Shown: positions 8,604 through 18,176, numbered from the stretch's first letter. The stretch is DNA of 32,000 nt from Anaerolineaceae bacterium (GCA_040772085.1 JAXGYU010000001.1:1475366-1507365); one strand, 5' to 3'. Notes: generated by a model from the letters alone, not told the origin. A program made the numbers and translations.

Positions 8604-9824
8604 ATGCCAACACAGGAGATTAAATCAGAGGTCGCCCGGCTGGTGCAGGCACAAGAGCAGGACATCCTGCGCTTCCTGCGCGAGATCATCGCCATCCCCA
8701 GTATGAACTCGCAACTGGGCGAGGTTGGTGAACGCATCGGCGCCGAAATGCGCAAGCTGGGTTTCGAGGAAGTACGTTTTGACAAGATGGGCAACATCAT
8801 GGGACGCCTGGGCAGCGGACCGCGTGTGCTGGTTTATGACTCGCACATCGACACGGTCGGAATCGGCGACCCGGCGGAATGGACCCATGACCCATTTGAA
8901 GGCAAGATCGAGAACGGCGTCCTGTACGGCCGCGGCGCCTGCGACGAAAAGGGCAGCACGCCGGGCATGGTGTATGGCATGTCCATCGCCAAACAGCTTG
9001 GTCTGCTGGAAGGCTGGACGGTGTGGTATTTTGGCAACATGGAAGAGTGGTGTGACGGCATCGCGCCGAACACTTTTGTCGAGGTTGACCCGGCCATCCG
9101 GCCTGATTTTGTCGTCATCGGCGAGCCGACCAAAATGAACATCTACCGCGGGCACAAGGGCCGTGTCGAGATGAAGGTCGTCTCCAAGGGTCGCAGCGTA
9201 CACGCCGCCAGCAATCACCTGGGCGACAACGCCATTTACAACCTGCTGCCGGTCATCGCCGGCATCCGCGATCTGGAACCCAGCCTCGGTGATCACCCCT
9301 TCCTCGGACATGGCAAGATCACGGTCAGCGATATGCAGGTGCAGACGCCGAGCATCAACGCCGTGCCGGATGAAGCGGTCATCTTTATTGACCGGCGCAT
9401 GACCTTCGGTGAGACGAAAGAAGCCGCCATCGCTCAAGTCGAGGCGCTCATTCCGGCCGAACTGAAGGACCGCGTCAAGGTTGAGCCGCTCTTCTACGAT
9501 GAGCCGTCCTACACCGGATTCGTCTATGAAGTCGACAAATACTTCCCGGCCTGGATGCTGGAAGAAGACCACCCGCTGGTGCGGGCCGGGCTGGAGGCAC
9601 GACGACAGGTCGGTCTGGTTGACGCGCCTGCCGGCAAATGGGATTTCAGCACGAACGGCATCTACTGGGCCGGCAAGGCTGGCATCCCCAGTATCGGTTT
9701 TGCGCCGGGCGATGAAACCACCGCCCACACGGTCAACGACTGCGTGCCGTTGGCAGACGTGATCAAATCAACTGAGTTCTACGCCCTGTTTCCCGCCATC
9801 TTGCGCGAAACGCTGGACGAATAA
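8604..9824 (+). CDS. ygeY: YgeY-family (selenium-metabolism-linked) M20 metallohydrolase
   Basis: 406 aa; LVYDSHIDTVG, YGRGACDEKG, VIGEPTKMNIYRGHKG, TTAHTVNDCVP. Strong RBS CCAAGGAG before ATG 8604. Adjacent to ygeW. Confidence 0.88.
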   Translation: MPTQEIKSEVARLVQAQEQDILRFLREIIAIPSMNSQLGEVGERIGAEMRKLGFEEVRFDKMGNIMGRLGSGPRVLVYDSHIDTVGIGDPAEWTHDPFEGKIENGVLYGRGACDEKGSTPGMVYGMSIAKQLGLLEGWTVWYFGNMEEWCDGIAPNTFVEVDPAIRPDFVVIGEPTKMNIYRGHKGRVEMKVVSKGRSVHAASNHLGDNAIYNLLPVIAGIRDLEPSLGDHPFLGHGKITVSDMQVQTPSINAVPDEAVIFIDRRMTFGETKEAAIAQVEALIPAELKDRVKVEPLFYDEPSYTGFVYEVDKYFPAWMLEEDHPLVRAGLEARRQVGLVDAPAGKWDFSTNGIYWAGKAGIPSIGFAPGDETTAHTVNDCVPLADVIKSTEFYALFPAILRETLDE

Positions 9825-9850
9825 TTTTCACACCAAGGAGTGCCCGCATT

Positions 9851-10828
9851 ATGCAAACCTATCTGCACGGACGTGATCTGATTGGCGATCTCGATTTTTC
9901 AAAGGAAGAAGTTGAAACCGTTCTGGATGTCGCCTTCGACCTGAAGCGCAAACGCGCGCTGGGCGAACCGCACCCTTACCTGCGCGACAAGGTGCTGGCC
10001 ATGCTGTTCTTCTTCTCCAGCACGCGCACCCGCGGCTCGTTCGAAGCCGGCATGGCGCAGCTTGGCGGTCACGGCGCGTTCATCGAAAGCGCCACCACCC
10101 AGATCAAGCACGGTGACACCGCCAAAGAGATCGGCGAGATCTATGGCCGCTATTTCGACGGCATCGCCATCCGCCACTGCGACTGGAAGCTCGGCAACCC
10201 CTACCTGAACGAGGTGGCGCAGTACTCGCGCGTGCCGGTGCTCAACATGCAATGCGACGTCTATCACCCTTTCCAGTGTCTGGCCGACCTGATGACGATT
10301 ATGGAGAAAAAGGGCAAGGACCTGCGCAAGAAGAAGGTCGTGGTCTCATGGGCCTACGCATCGTCCTATCTCAAACCGATCTCCGTGCCGCAATCGCTGA
10401 TCCTGCAACTGCCGCGTTTCAGCATGGATGTCACGCTCTCCTATCCCGAAGAATTCAAGCTGATGCCCGAGATCGAAGCCGAGGCGAAGGCGCAGGCCAA
10501 GAAGTTCGGCACCGAGTTCAAGGTGGTGCATGACATGAAGGAAGGCTTCAAGGATGTGGATGTGGTCTATGCCAAGAGCTGGGGACCCCTGCTGACGACC
10601 GATGATCCGAAGAAGGGTCAGCAATTGCAGGATAAATATAAGGACTGGATTGCCGACGCGAAGAAGATGAAGGCTGCCAGGAGCGACGCCATCTATATGC
10701 ATCCGCTGCCGGCAGACCGCGATATCGAGGTCAGCAGTGATGTGATCGACGGCCCGCAAAGCGTGGTGTACGACGAGGCGGAGAACCGTTTGCACGCGCA
10801 GAAGGCGGTCATGGCACTGACGATGTAG
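9851..10828 (+). CDS. ygeW: YgeW-type knotted carbamoyltransferase
   Basis: 325 aa; FFFSSTRTRGSFEAGMAQLGGHGAFIES, NMQCDVYHPFQCLADLMTIMEK, MHPLPADRDIEVS. AAGGAG RBS. Confidence 0.9.
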   Translation: MQTYLHGRDLIGDLDFSKEEVETVLDVAFDLKRKRALGEPHPYLRDKVLAMLFFFSSTRTRGSFEAGMAQLGGHGAFIESATTQIKHGDTAKEIGEIYGRYFDGIAIRHCDWKLGNPYLNEVAQYSRVPVLNMQCDVYHPFQCLADLMTIMEKKGKDLRKKKVVVSWAYASSYLKPISVPQSLILQLPRFSMDVTLSYPEEFKLMPEIEAEAKAQAKKFGTEFKVVHDMKEGFKDVDVVYAKSWGPLLTTDDPKKGQQLQDKYKDWIADAKKMKAARSDAIYMHPLPADRDIEVSSDVIDGPQSVVYDEAENRLHAQKAVMALTM

Positions 10829-10847
10829 GCTGGTTGTGGAAGATGTG

Positions 10848-10878
10848 AAGCGGGTGGATTAATTCCACCCGCTTTTTT
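10848..10878 (+). terminator. Rho-independent terminator after ygeW
   Basis: AAGCGGGTGGA-TTAAT-TCCACCCGCTT followed by TTTT; perfect 11-bp stem. Confidence 0.85.
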
Positions 10879-10903
10879 GTTGGTAGATGGATTCTTCACG
10901 GCA

Positions 10904-11455
10904 GCCAAGACGATCCATCCATAGGGGAGCCGCAAGCACACATGTTTTTGTTTGTGCTGGCGGAGGTTGTTTTTGTAGGGCGGTTCACGTTCTTTGAACC
11001 GCCATTTCTGCCCTGTTGAACCGATTGATTGATGAGGGTATTTTGGCTCCCCCGTGAGGGGGGACGGCGGAGGGGTTGATATTGTAGGGCGGTTCACGGT
11101 CTTTGAACCGCCATTCATATAATTGAATTCGAAATGTCGGGAGCAAGACCGGCTCCCGACCTACATCCTACAGCCTATGTCTGGTCAAGGCAATCACAGA
11201 GCAGATTGCTATGCCACTTCAGCCAGACATTAATTCTCTGCCGCAATCGAGATTATCCATCCGTAGGGGAGCGGGCAAATTGATCTGCATTTGCCCCTCC
11301 CGCAGTTGAAACCAACATCAATCCAAACGGTCAAGGCAATCACAGAGCAGATTGCCGTGACCCTACAGCCCGACGTTGATTCTTCGCCACATTCGAGATT
11401 ATCGATCCGTAGGGGAGTGGGCAACTGATTTGCATTTGCCCCTCCCGCGATCAGG
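10904..11455. repeat. Non-coding hairpin array with TAGGG-like leaders (at least six hairpins)
   Basis: Hairpins at ~10930-10963, 10979-11003, 11088-11112, 11136-11160 (leader on minus strand), 11266-11302 and 11412-11446. Leaders such as ATCCATCCRTAGGGGAG and TTGTAGGG. Confidence 0.75.
11183..11455. repeat. Tandem duplication of a ~146-bp unit, diverged
   Basis: Both copies (11183 and 11329) begin GGTCAAGGCAATCACAGAGCAGATTGC, and later share CGAGATTATCSATCCGTAGGGGAG and GCATTTGCCCCTCCCGC. Confidence 0.8.
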
Positions 11456-11472
11456 CTGGGGTAATACTCTCG

Positions 11473-13494
11473 CTATTCTTCTTCGAGACCCAGGTAGCGC
11501 CGCAGCATGCCGACAGCCTCGGCGACCGCGGGCGAATTGGGCTTCTTCAATTTCAGCGTCTCATATGCCGGCAGAATGATGCGCACGCTTTGCGGCGACG
11601 GCTGGCCGTACAAACGCTCGCGCACCAGCGCCAGCGCGTGTTCGCCGTCGTTCATCGCCAGCAACGCCAGCGCCTGATCGAGATGAAAATCCTTTGGGTT
11701 ATCCGCCAGCGCGGCAGCCCGCCGGAACGCGGAGAGCGCCGCGGGGAAATCGGAGCCGGCATAATTGAGCTGCCCTTGCAGCACATGATTGATGAACTGG
11801 TTGGGCGAGATGGCATGCGCCTTCTCGATATCCTGCTGGGCCTCTTCAAGCGCGTTCATGCGGATCGCCGCGTCTGCCCGGTTTTGGTATGCCAGCACAA
11901 AGTCAGGCTGCTGCTCGAGCGCCTTGGTGAAATCAGCGTATGCCTGCGGCAGATGCCCCAGCTCGAGCTGACTGGCGCCGCGGTTGTTATACGCTTTGGC
12001 GCCAAAGACCGGCGATTCGACCACTTTGTTGAAATCCTCAATCGCGCGTTGGTATTCGCCCATCTGGTAGAGCGCCACACCGCGGTTGTATTCGACCGGA
12101 CTGTTGGTATCAAACGTCATTGACTTGTCGTAATAACCGACCGCGGTGGCGAGATCATTGCGCAGGTGCGCCTTGAGCCCGACCTCGAACATCATGTCAG
12201 CCAGCGCCAGCCGGGTTTCGTCCATCGTCAGCTTTTTAACCTTGCCGGCATAATGGTCGGCAAACGCCGAAAGGTCCGCGGCAGCTTCCTTAGCATCAAT
12301 GCCGCTCAGGTCAAGCGCCATCTCTGAGAAATGCAGACGCTCGCCATCATCAAGGATGTCATAATTGCGCAGCACCTGCAATGCAGCCTTGCAAGCCTCA
12401 CCGTCCGGTTTGCCGCCATCGGTCTTTGCCATCGCGTAGCGGCAGACCAGGTCAGTGCGCGGCACGGAACCGGCGGCGACGAAGATCGACAGCGACTCGA
12501 GGATGTTGGCAGCCAGCGGATTCTTCTGCTTGATCTCGGTGCGGCTGGCCTGCCACTCCTGCTGCAGACTGAACTGCACCAGCGACGTCATCTCATCACC
12601 GTTTACTTCCAGCTTGCCCATATTGGCGAGCCGGCGCAAGGGGTTGATGACCCGCTCGGGGTTGCCCTCGCTGCGTTCCAGCAGGATTTGCTGCGCGCCC
12701 GGATCGAGCGTGACGCCATAGGTCTTGCTGGCGGCCTCAGCCAATGCGTTGGTCTGATCCTGGTTGAGCTTCTGCAGGGTCAGGATACCAAAGCCCTGAC
12801 CGCGCAGCCACTGGGTGTAATGCAAATCCATCTGATCGGCTTCAGCATCGGCGATAACGTACAGTGACGCGCAGTTTTTGAGCGCGTAAATGGCATATTG
12901 CAGCAAGCTGCGCTGAACAGCCGGGAAATGCAGCGGCAGGTCTTCAATGTAAAGCAATGCGGGTTTCTTGGGATCGACCTGTTTGATGATGGCGTTGTAA
13001 ACGGTGCCGGGGTCGGTGTTGCCGAACTTGCGCCAGGGGGCGAAGATGCGGTTAGCCGGTACCTTCTCTTCCCTGATCGCGCGCCTGATCAGCTCGGCAG
13101 CCGCACGGCTTTTACCGGTCTTGTTACTGCCGGTGATCAGCAGCATGCGGTTGGCATCCAGATTGATCTGGTCAATACCGCCGCGCGCCACCCAGGGCAC
13201 TTCGCCGCCCTTGCCGGGCACAATGCTGTCAACCGAAATATTCTCGAGCGCGGTTACAACTGTCTCTTCGACCGCGGGCTTATGGAAGAGCAATGTGGCA
13301 AAACCGATCAGCAAACTGAAGATGGTGAGGATATCGCGAACAACCTGAATGGTGCTCTTATTCTCATTCAGCACCGGCACAAGGTTATAGATCCAGGGCA
13401 GCCAGACGCGGCTCGAAAGCCACAGCAGCGGCACGCCCACCAGCAGCACAATGATCAGAATATTCTTCTTGCTGAGACTCGGTTTTTTCATCAA
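11473..13494 (-). CDS. Membrane-anchored P-loop NTPase (STAND/AAA-like) with C-terminal TPR repeats
   Basis: Two N-terminal hydrophobic helices; Walker A LLITGSNKTGKS; Walker B-like ALLYIEDLP; C-terminal TPR-like units (AVGYYDKSMTFDTNSPVEYNRGVALYQMGEYQRAIEDFNK...). Confidence 0.75.
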   Translation of the reverse strand: MMKKPSLSKKNILIIVLLVGVPLLWLSSRVWLPWIYNLVPVLNENKSTIQVVRDILTIFSLLIGFATLLFHKPAVEETVVTALENISVDSIVPGKGGEVPWVARGGIDQINLDANRMLLITGSNKTGKSRAAAELIRRAIREEKVPANRIFAPWRKFGNTDPGTVYNAIIKQVDPKKPALLYIEDLPLHFPAVQRSLLQYAIYALKNCASLYVIADAEADQMDLHYTQWLRGQGFGILTLQKLNQDQTNALAEAASKTYGVTLDPGAQQILLERSEGNPERVINPLRRLANMGKLEVNGDEMTSLVQFSLQQEWQASRTEIKQKNPLAANILESLSIFVAAGSVPRTDLVCRYAMAKTDGGKPDGEACKAALQVLRNYDILDDGERLHFSEMALDLSGIDAKEAAADLSAFADHYAGKVKKLTMDETRLALADMMFEVGLKAHLRNDLATAVGYYDKSMTFDTNSPVEYNRGVALYQMGEYQRAIEDFNKVVESPVFGAKAYNNRGASQLELGHLPQAYADFTKALEQQPDFVLAYQNRADAAIRMNALEEAQQDIEKAHAISPNQFINHVLQGQLNYAGSDFPAALSAFRRAAALADNPKDFHLDQALALLAMNDGEHALALVRERLYGQPSPQSVRIILPAYETLKLKKPNSPAVAEAVGMLRRYLGLEEE

Positions 13495-13625
13495 TCACCG
13501 CCACAGTTCGCTTTGTATCATTTTACATGATTGCGGGGCAGGACGCATGAAACCAGGCAAAAACTGCCGGTTCTGATGCAAAGAATCAGCCCTGGTGCAG
13601 CAACATCAAGAAAATGCGTCACCCG

Positions 13626-14096
13626 CTAGACGACGCGCTCACCGCCATACTGATCATAGAGCCGCTTGAAATACTCGTAATGCAGCGCTTCCCATTGCGC
13701 CAGTTTGTCGAACAAGATTTGCAGACGCAGGTCACCGCCTAGAAATTCCTTGTTAGACCGGTAATAATTCTCAGCCTCTTTCTCCAGCCGCATGCCAACG
13801 GAGAAGACCATTAATGCCGTATCAAGCGAGGAGAAATCAAGATTATCGGTTTTGAAAATACCAGGTTCGGGCAGTATGATTTCGCTTTTATCCATATCCC
13901 GGGTCGACTGCCCATGCAACCGGTTCAGTTCAGACTTCAGATAGTCCTGATGCAGTTTCTCTTCGTCAGCCAGGCGCAGCAGCGCTTCTTTGACTTCCGG
14001 TGTATTGATGCACTCGGCAGCCATCTCGTAAAACTTTTGCCCGTCAACTTCATTAAGGAACGCCGTTTTGAAAACAGAAATCAAATCCCTATCCAT
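13626..14096 (-). CDS. Ferritin-like / rubrerythrin-family protein
   Basis: MDRDLISVFKTAFLNEVDGQKFYEMAAECINTPEVKEALLRLADEEKLHQDYLKSEL and a second ExxxY...WExxHYEY helix pair. Start at 14096 chosen from AAAGGAG spacing; the track extends to 14141. Confidence 0.75.
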   Translation of the reverse strand: MDRDLISVFKTAFLNEVDGQKFYEMAAECINTPEVKEALLRLADEEKLHQDYLKSELNRLHGQSTRDMDKSEIILPEPGIFKTDNLDFSSLDTALMVFSVGMRLEKEAENYYRSNKEFLGGDLRLQILFDKLAQWEALHYEYFKRLYDQYGGERVV

Positions 14097-14214
14097 CACC
14101 GCCATCTCCTTTAAATAATGAATACCTGACAAAATTTGCAACAGACTAAGTATATTTTATTTTTATCTGCAAGTCACATTATTGGGGTTAATGAGCGCTG
14201 TCGGTGAGGAATTT

Positions 14215-15021
14215 CTATGCTTTTTTAGCCTTGACGCTGAAGACCAATGGCAGCGCCGGCAGCCCCTCGGGCACATACCAGTAACCATCCTCGCGCCTTT
14301 CCAGCCAGTCAAACATGGGATAGTTCGTCTGCGCGAACTCATGCAGATACTCGAGTTTCAATCCGACGTTGACCAGTTGCGTGATCACCTCGCCCAACGG
14401 GTAGGCCCACTCATAGGAGACCTTTTCCTGGGTCTCGGCATCGCGGTCAGCATAACTGCCCTTCACCTCGAGGACCAGCGCGCCTTCATTGAAGTAGCTA
14501 TAGCGCAGCGCCGGAGTTGTCGCTTCATCATCGAAGATCATGACAGCGGGATGATACTCCGCCATGTAGAAGGTGCCGCCCGGCTTGAGATAGCGCGCGA
14601 TCAGCTCAGCCCATGCCCGCAGGTCGGGCAGCCACGTCAGCACGCCGTAGGACATGAAGACGATATCGAATGTCTCATCGAGGTGCTGCGGAAGGTCATA
14701 GAGGTTGCTAACGATGAACCGCGCCGGCAGATGCAACGCTACAGCGCTCTCTCGAGCGATGGCAATCGCGTCCTCTGAGAAATCGACACCAGTGACATCA
14801 GCGCCGAGCATCGCCATGCTGAGCGTGTCATGTCCGAAGTGACACATCAGGTGCAATACGCGGGCGCCTGGCAGCAATCCCTCCAGTTCGCGGCGTTCGA
14901 TCTCGTGCAGTGTGTTGCGACGATTATTGAGGAAATCCTGATGCGCGTACAGGTCCGATTTGACGTTGATGCGCGCCCGTTCGTTCCACATTCTGCGGTT
15001 GAATTCAATCCCCTCGTGCAT
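14215..15021 (-). CDS. Class I SAM-dependent methyltransferase
   Basis: Motif I-like ARVLHLMCHFGHDTLSMAMLGADVTGVDFS, then LKPGGTFYMAEYHP; GGAGGA RBS before ATG. Confidence 0.85.
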   Translation of the reverse strand: MHEGIEFNRRMWNERARINVKSDLYAHQDFLNNRRNTLHEIERRELEGLLPGARVLHLMCHFGHDTLSMAMLGADVTGVDFSEDAIAIARESAVALHLPARFIVSNLYDLPQHLDETFDIVFMSYGVLTWLPDLRAWAELIARYLKPGGTFYMAEYHPAVMIFDDEATTPALRYSYFNEGALVLEVKGSYADRDAETQEKVSYEWAYPLGEVITQLVNVGLKLEYLHEFAQTNYPMFDWLERREDGYWYVPEGLPALPLVFSVKAKKA

Positions 15022-15068
15022 GTCTCCTCCGGCTGAGGTTCAGGATAGTCCGATTATATCCGGAGCGG

Positions 15069-16388
15069 TTAGCCTGCCGCGAGGAACAACCCGAACAAGT
15101 AGCCCGCCAGCGTGCTCAGCACCGCGACCAGCGAGACGTACACGGCTGTCTTCTTGCGCCCCATCACCCCATTCAACACCAGTATCGATTGCAGCGAAAG
15201 TTCCGGGTCAGCGAGCAGGTATGCCAGCAGCGGCCCGCGCGCCATGCCCAGGTCCAGGAACATCCGGGCGATCGGCACTTCCACCAGCGTCGGGAAGTAC
15301 ATGAAGACGCCGAAGAGCACAGCGACAGCATTGGCCAGAAGGGTATTTTCGCCCGCGACAGTGCGCACCCAGACCTCAGGGATGAGGTTGCGGATGACGC
15401 CGGCCGCGAAGACGCCGATGATCAGCAGCGGGAAAATCTGTTTGACGAACTTCCAGGTTTCAAAGATCCAGTTGGTCAGTTCATCACGCGCGACACGTTT
15501 CCAGATGATGAGGGCGATGATGACCAGCAGCACCAGCTCAAAGATGAATTTGCCATTGATGCCGATGACCGCGCTGCGCAGGTCTTCTGCCGGCGCTGCG
15601 ATCAGGATGGTGAGCCCAATGAACGCCAGCGCGGCATATGTCCAGCCGTTGAAGCCCTCGGTGATATTTTCGAACCCCAGCCAGGAGGTGATGCCAATGA
15701 TGACCAGCATCAGGATCAGCAGTCCGCCCTGCAGCGTCAGGTTGGCGCTGGCGAGCCACTGCATCAGACCGCTCAGCGCGTCTGCCGGCAGCTGGATACT
15801 GGCATAGACATTGGTGAACAGACCGACCTGCAGCGTCCCGACGATCAGAACAGCCAGCAGCAGTCCGAACAGCCACCAAACCTCGGGTTTGACGCGGGCA
15901 GACAGGTCAAAGACGCTATTCCCTGTCGCCTGTCGCGCGCGCTGGGCTTCCTCGGCGCGAAAGATCCATGCCATGATCAGCCCGATGACGATGCCAAATG
16001 ATATGGAGAGTACCAGCCGGGCGATGGCAATATCAAAGCCGATTGCCGCGCCAGTATAGGTGATGGCAAGGATATTGATGGCCGGACCGACGAATAAAAA
16101 GGTAACTGCCGGTCCCAACCCAGCGCCGCGCTTCCAGATGCCGGCAAACAACGGCAGGATAGTGCAGGAGCACACCGCCAGAATGAATCCGCCCAGCGCC
16201 GCAGCCGGGTAGCTGATAAATTTTGAAGCGCGCGGTCCGAGGAAGCGTGTGATGGCTTCCTTCGGGATCATGGCGCTCAGGAATCCGGCGATGATGAATG
16301 CCGGCACAAGGCACAGCAATACGTGAGCCGCCAGATAATCAAGCAGGCTGAGGTAGCCCGACCACAACAGTTGCGTGATCAATTCCAT
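15069..16388 (-). CDS. ArsP/DUF318-type permease (organoarsenical or metal efflux candidate)
   Basis: 439 aa polytopic; GGFILAVCSCTILPLFAGIWKRGAGLGPAVTFLFVGPAINILAITYTG, typical of the permease/DUF318 family. Downstream of the acr3 gene. Confidence 0.85.
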   Translation of the reverse strand: MELITQLLWSGYLSLLDYLAAHVLLCLVPAFIIAGFLSAMIPKEAITRFLGPRASKFISYPAAALGGFILAVCSCTILPLFAGIWKRGAGLGPAVTFLFVGPAINILAITYTGAAIGFDIAIARLVLSISFGIVIGLIMAWIFRAEEAQRARQATGNSVFDLSARVKPEVWWLFGLLLAVLIVGTLQVGLFTNVYASIQLPADALSGLMQWLASANLTLQGGLLILMLVIIGITSWLGFENITEGFNGWTYAALAFIGLTILIAAPAEDLRSAVIGINGKFIFELVLLVIIALIIWKRVARDELTNWIFETWKFVKQIFPLLIIGVFAAGVIRNLIPEVWVRTVAGENTLLANAVAVLFGVFMYFPTLVEVPIARMFLDLGMARGPLLAYLLADPELSLQSILVLNGVMGRKKTAVYVSLVAVLSTLAGYLFGLFLAAG

Positions 16389-16424
16389 TCAAACTCCTGA
16401 GCAGGTTGGTATGCCGTCTGTGAT

Positions 16425-17489
16425 TTACGCAGCCGGGGAATAAAATCGTTTTTTAATCCAGAACGCCACATTCACCAGCGCAATCATTACCGGCACCTCT
16501 ACCAGCGGACCAATGACCGCGGTAAAGGCGACACCAGAAGTGATGCCGAAGACCGCCACTGCCACCGCGATAGCCAGCTCAAAGTTATTGCTGGCGGCAG
16601 TGAACGACAGCGTGACACCCTGTTTGTAGGGCGCGTGAATCAGGCGGGAAAGCGCGAAACTGACCAGGAACATGACCACAAAGTAAATCAACAACGGGAT
16701 GGCGATGCGCACGACATCCCCCGGGATGCTGACGATCAGGTTGCCCTTGAGGCTGAACATCACCAGAATGGTGAAGAGCAATGAGATCAGCGTCAGAGGG
16801 CTGATGCGCGGGATGAATTTACTGAAATACCAGTCTTTACCCCTGGCGCGCACCAGCACCAATTGCGTCAGCAAGCCAGCCAGAAACGGGATACCCAGAT
16901 AGATGAAGACCGTCCGGGCGATCTCGCCCATGCTGATTTTCACCATCACCCCTTCGAGACCAAACCAGGTCGGCAGCACGGTAATGAAGAAGTAGGCGTA
17001 CACACTGTAGAACAAGACCTGGAAGATGCTGTTGAATGCCACCAGCCCGGCAGCATATTCCGAATCACCGTGGGCCAGCTCATTCCACACCAGCACCATG
17101 GCGATGCAGCGCGCCAGTCCGATCAGGATCAGACCCGCCATATACTCGGGATAGCCGCGTAAGAAAATAATCGCCAGCAGGAACATCAGCAAGGGACCGA
17201 TGACCCAGTTTTGCAGCAGCGACATGGCCAACACCTTCCAGTTGCGGAAGACATCACCAAGTTCGTCATAATGCACTTTTGCCAACGGCGGATACATCAT
17301 CAGGATCAGACCAATGGCGATGGGGATATTGGTCGTCCCAACCTGGAAAGCATTAATCAGGTTTTGCACACCTGGAAAGAAATAGCCGATGGCGATACCG
17401 ACTGCCATGGCAAGAAAGATCCACCAGGTCAGGTTACGATCGATAAATGATAGCTTTTGGGTGGTCTTGGCAGATGACGAGCTTTCCAT
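16425..17489 (-). CDS. acr3: ACR3-family arsenite efflux transporter
   Basis: 354 aa; [50 protein letters not shown] and [21 protein letters not shown]. Confidence 0.95.
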   Translation of the reverse strand: MESSSSAKTTQKLSFIDRNLTWWIFLAMAVGIAIGYFFPGVQNLINAFQVGTTNIPIAIGLILMMYPPLAKVHYDELGDVFRNWKVLAMSLLQNWVIGPLLMFLLAIIFLRGYPEYMAGLILIGLARCIAMVLVWNELAHGDSEYAAGLVAFNSIFQVLFYSVYAYFFITVLPTWFGLEGVMVKISMGEIARTVFIYLGIPFLAGLLTQLVLVRARGKDWYFSKFIPRISPLTLISLLFTILVMFSLKGNLIVSIPGDVVRIAIPLLIYFVVMFLVSFALSRLIHAPYKQGVTLSFTAASNNFELAIAVAVAVFGITSGVAFTAVIGPLVEVPVMIALVNVAFWIKKRFYSPAA

Positions 17490-17512
17490 GATCAGCTCCT
17501 TGTCGCTTGCGG

Positions 17513-17758
17513 CTACTTGCTTTTTTCTGTCAGCCAGCCTTTTACTTCTTCAATGCTCGGGATGCGGCCTGAAGAGACGACTTCTTCATTCACCACCAGC
17601 CCGGGCGTTGAGAGGATGGTATAGGTCATGATCTCATTGAAATCAGTCACCTTTTCAAATTCAGCTTCGATGTTCAGTTCAGCCGCGGCTTTTCGCGCGA
17701 TCTCTTCGACACGATGGCAATTGGAGCACCCCGAACCAAGGACTTTGATTTTCACCAT
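17513..17758 (-). CDS. Small redox-active disulfide (thioredoxin-like) protein
   Basis: [68 protein letters not shown]: CxxC thioredoxin-like fold. Confidence 0.92.
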   Translation of the reverse strand: MVKIKVLGSGCSNCHRVEEIARKAAAELNIEAEFEKVTDFNEIMTYTILSTPGLVVNEEVVSSGRIPSIEEVKGWLTEKSK

Positions 17759-17795
17759 TTAACGACTCCTGTGTGGATTGTGTAGCGTGTATGAA

Positions 17796-18176
17796 TTACG
17801 TTTGCGGTGCCGGGTTACAGCGCGGGCAGGGACAATCGGGCGGATTTTTGATCACCTCTGTCCTTTGCCCCGGCAGCAGGGCTGCGTAAAACGCGTCGAC
17901 CAATGCCGGGAGCATGTCATCGGTCAGGCTGTAATAGATATTCCAGCCGTCCTGCCGGCTTTGCACGAGATTGGCGTCACGCAGCACAGCCAACTGCTGA
18001 GAGATGTATGCCTGCCGGAAGCCCAGCGCCGCTTCAAGATGGCAGACACAGGCTTCGTCCTCACGCAGCATCTCGAGGATGGCAAGACGCGCCGGGTGTG
18101 CCAGCGCCTTGAACGTCAGCGCCAGGGCATCCTGGCCTTGCTTCTCGGTTGTCTGGTCAATCACATTCGTATTCAC
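17796..18176 (-). CDS. arsR: ArsR-family transcriptional regulator (GTG start at 18176 or 18164)
   Basis: ALTFKALAHPARLAILEMLREDEACVCHLEAALGFRQAYISQQLAVLRDANLVQSRQDGWNIYY, with CxC in the metal-site position. The track ORF to 18242 extends through the promoter. Confidence 0.9.
   Translation of the reverse strand: MNTNVIDQTTEKQGQDALALTFKALAHPARLAILEMLREDEACVCHLEAALGFRQAYISQQLAVLRDANLVQSRQDGWNIYYSLTDDMLPALVDAFYAALLPGQRTEVIKNPPDCPCPRCNPAPQT

Noticed and set aside
8625-9728. 367 aa minus-strand ORF opposite ygeY
   Set aside because: Antisense shadow of a well-supported coding gene in high-GC DNA; no recognisable motif or RBS.
10904-11455. CRISPR array
   Set aside because: Repeats differ in length, spacing and orientation, each is its own hairpin, and no cas genes are present.
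11590-13530. Several plus-strand ORFs (177, 178, 210 aa) opposite the NTPase-TPR gene
   Set aside because: Codon-structure shadows of the 673 aa minus-strand gene, with no domain signatures.
14215-15021. Possible ArsM arsenite methyltransferase after the ars operon
   Set aside because: The sequence lacks the multiple conserved cysteines of ArsM; kept as a generic methyltransferase.
15112-16001. 231 and 270 aa plus-strand ORFs opposite the permease gene
   Set aside because: Antisense to a clear polytopic membrane protein; compositional shadow.
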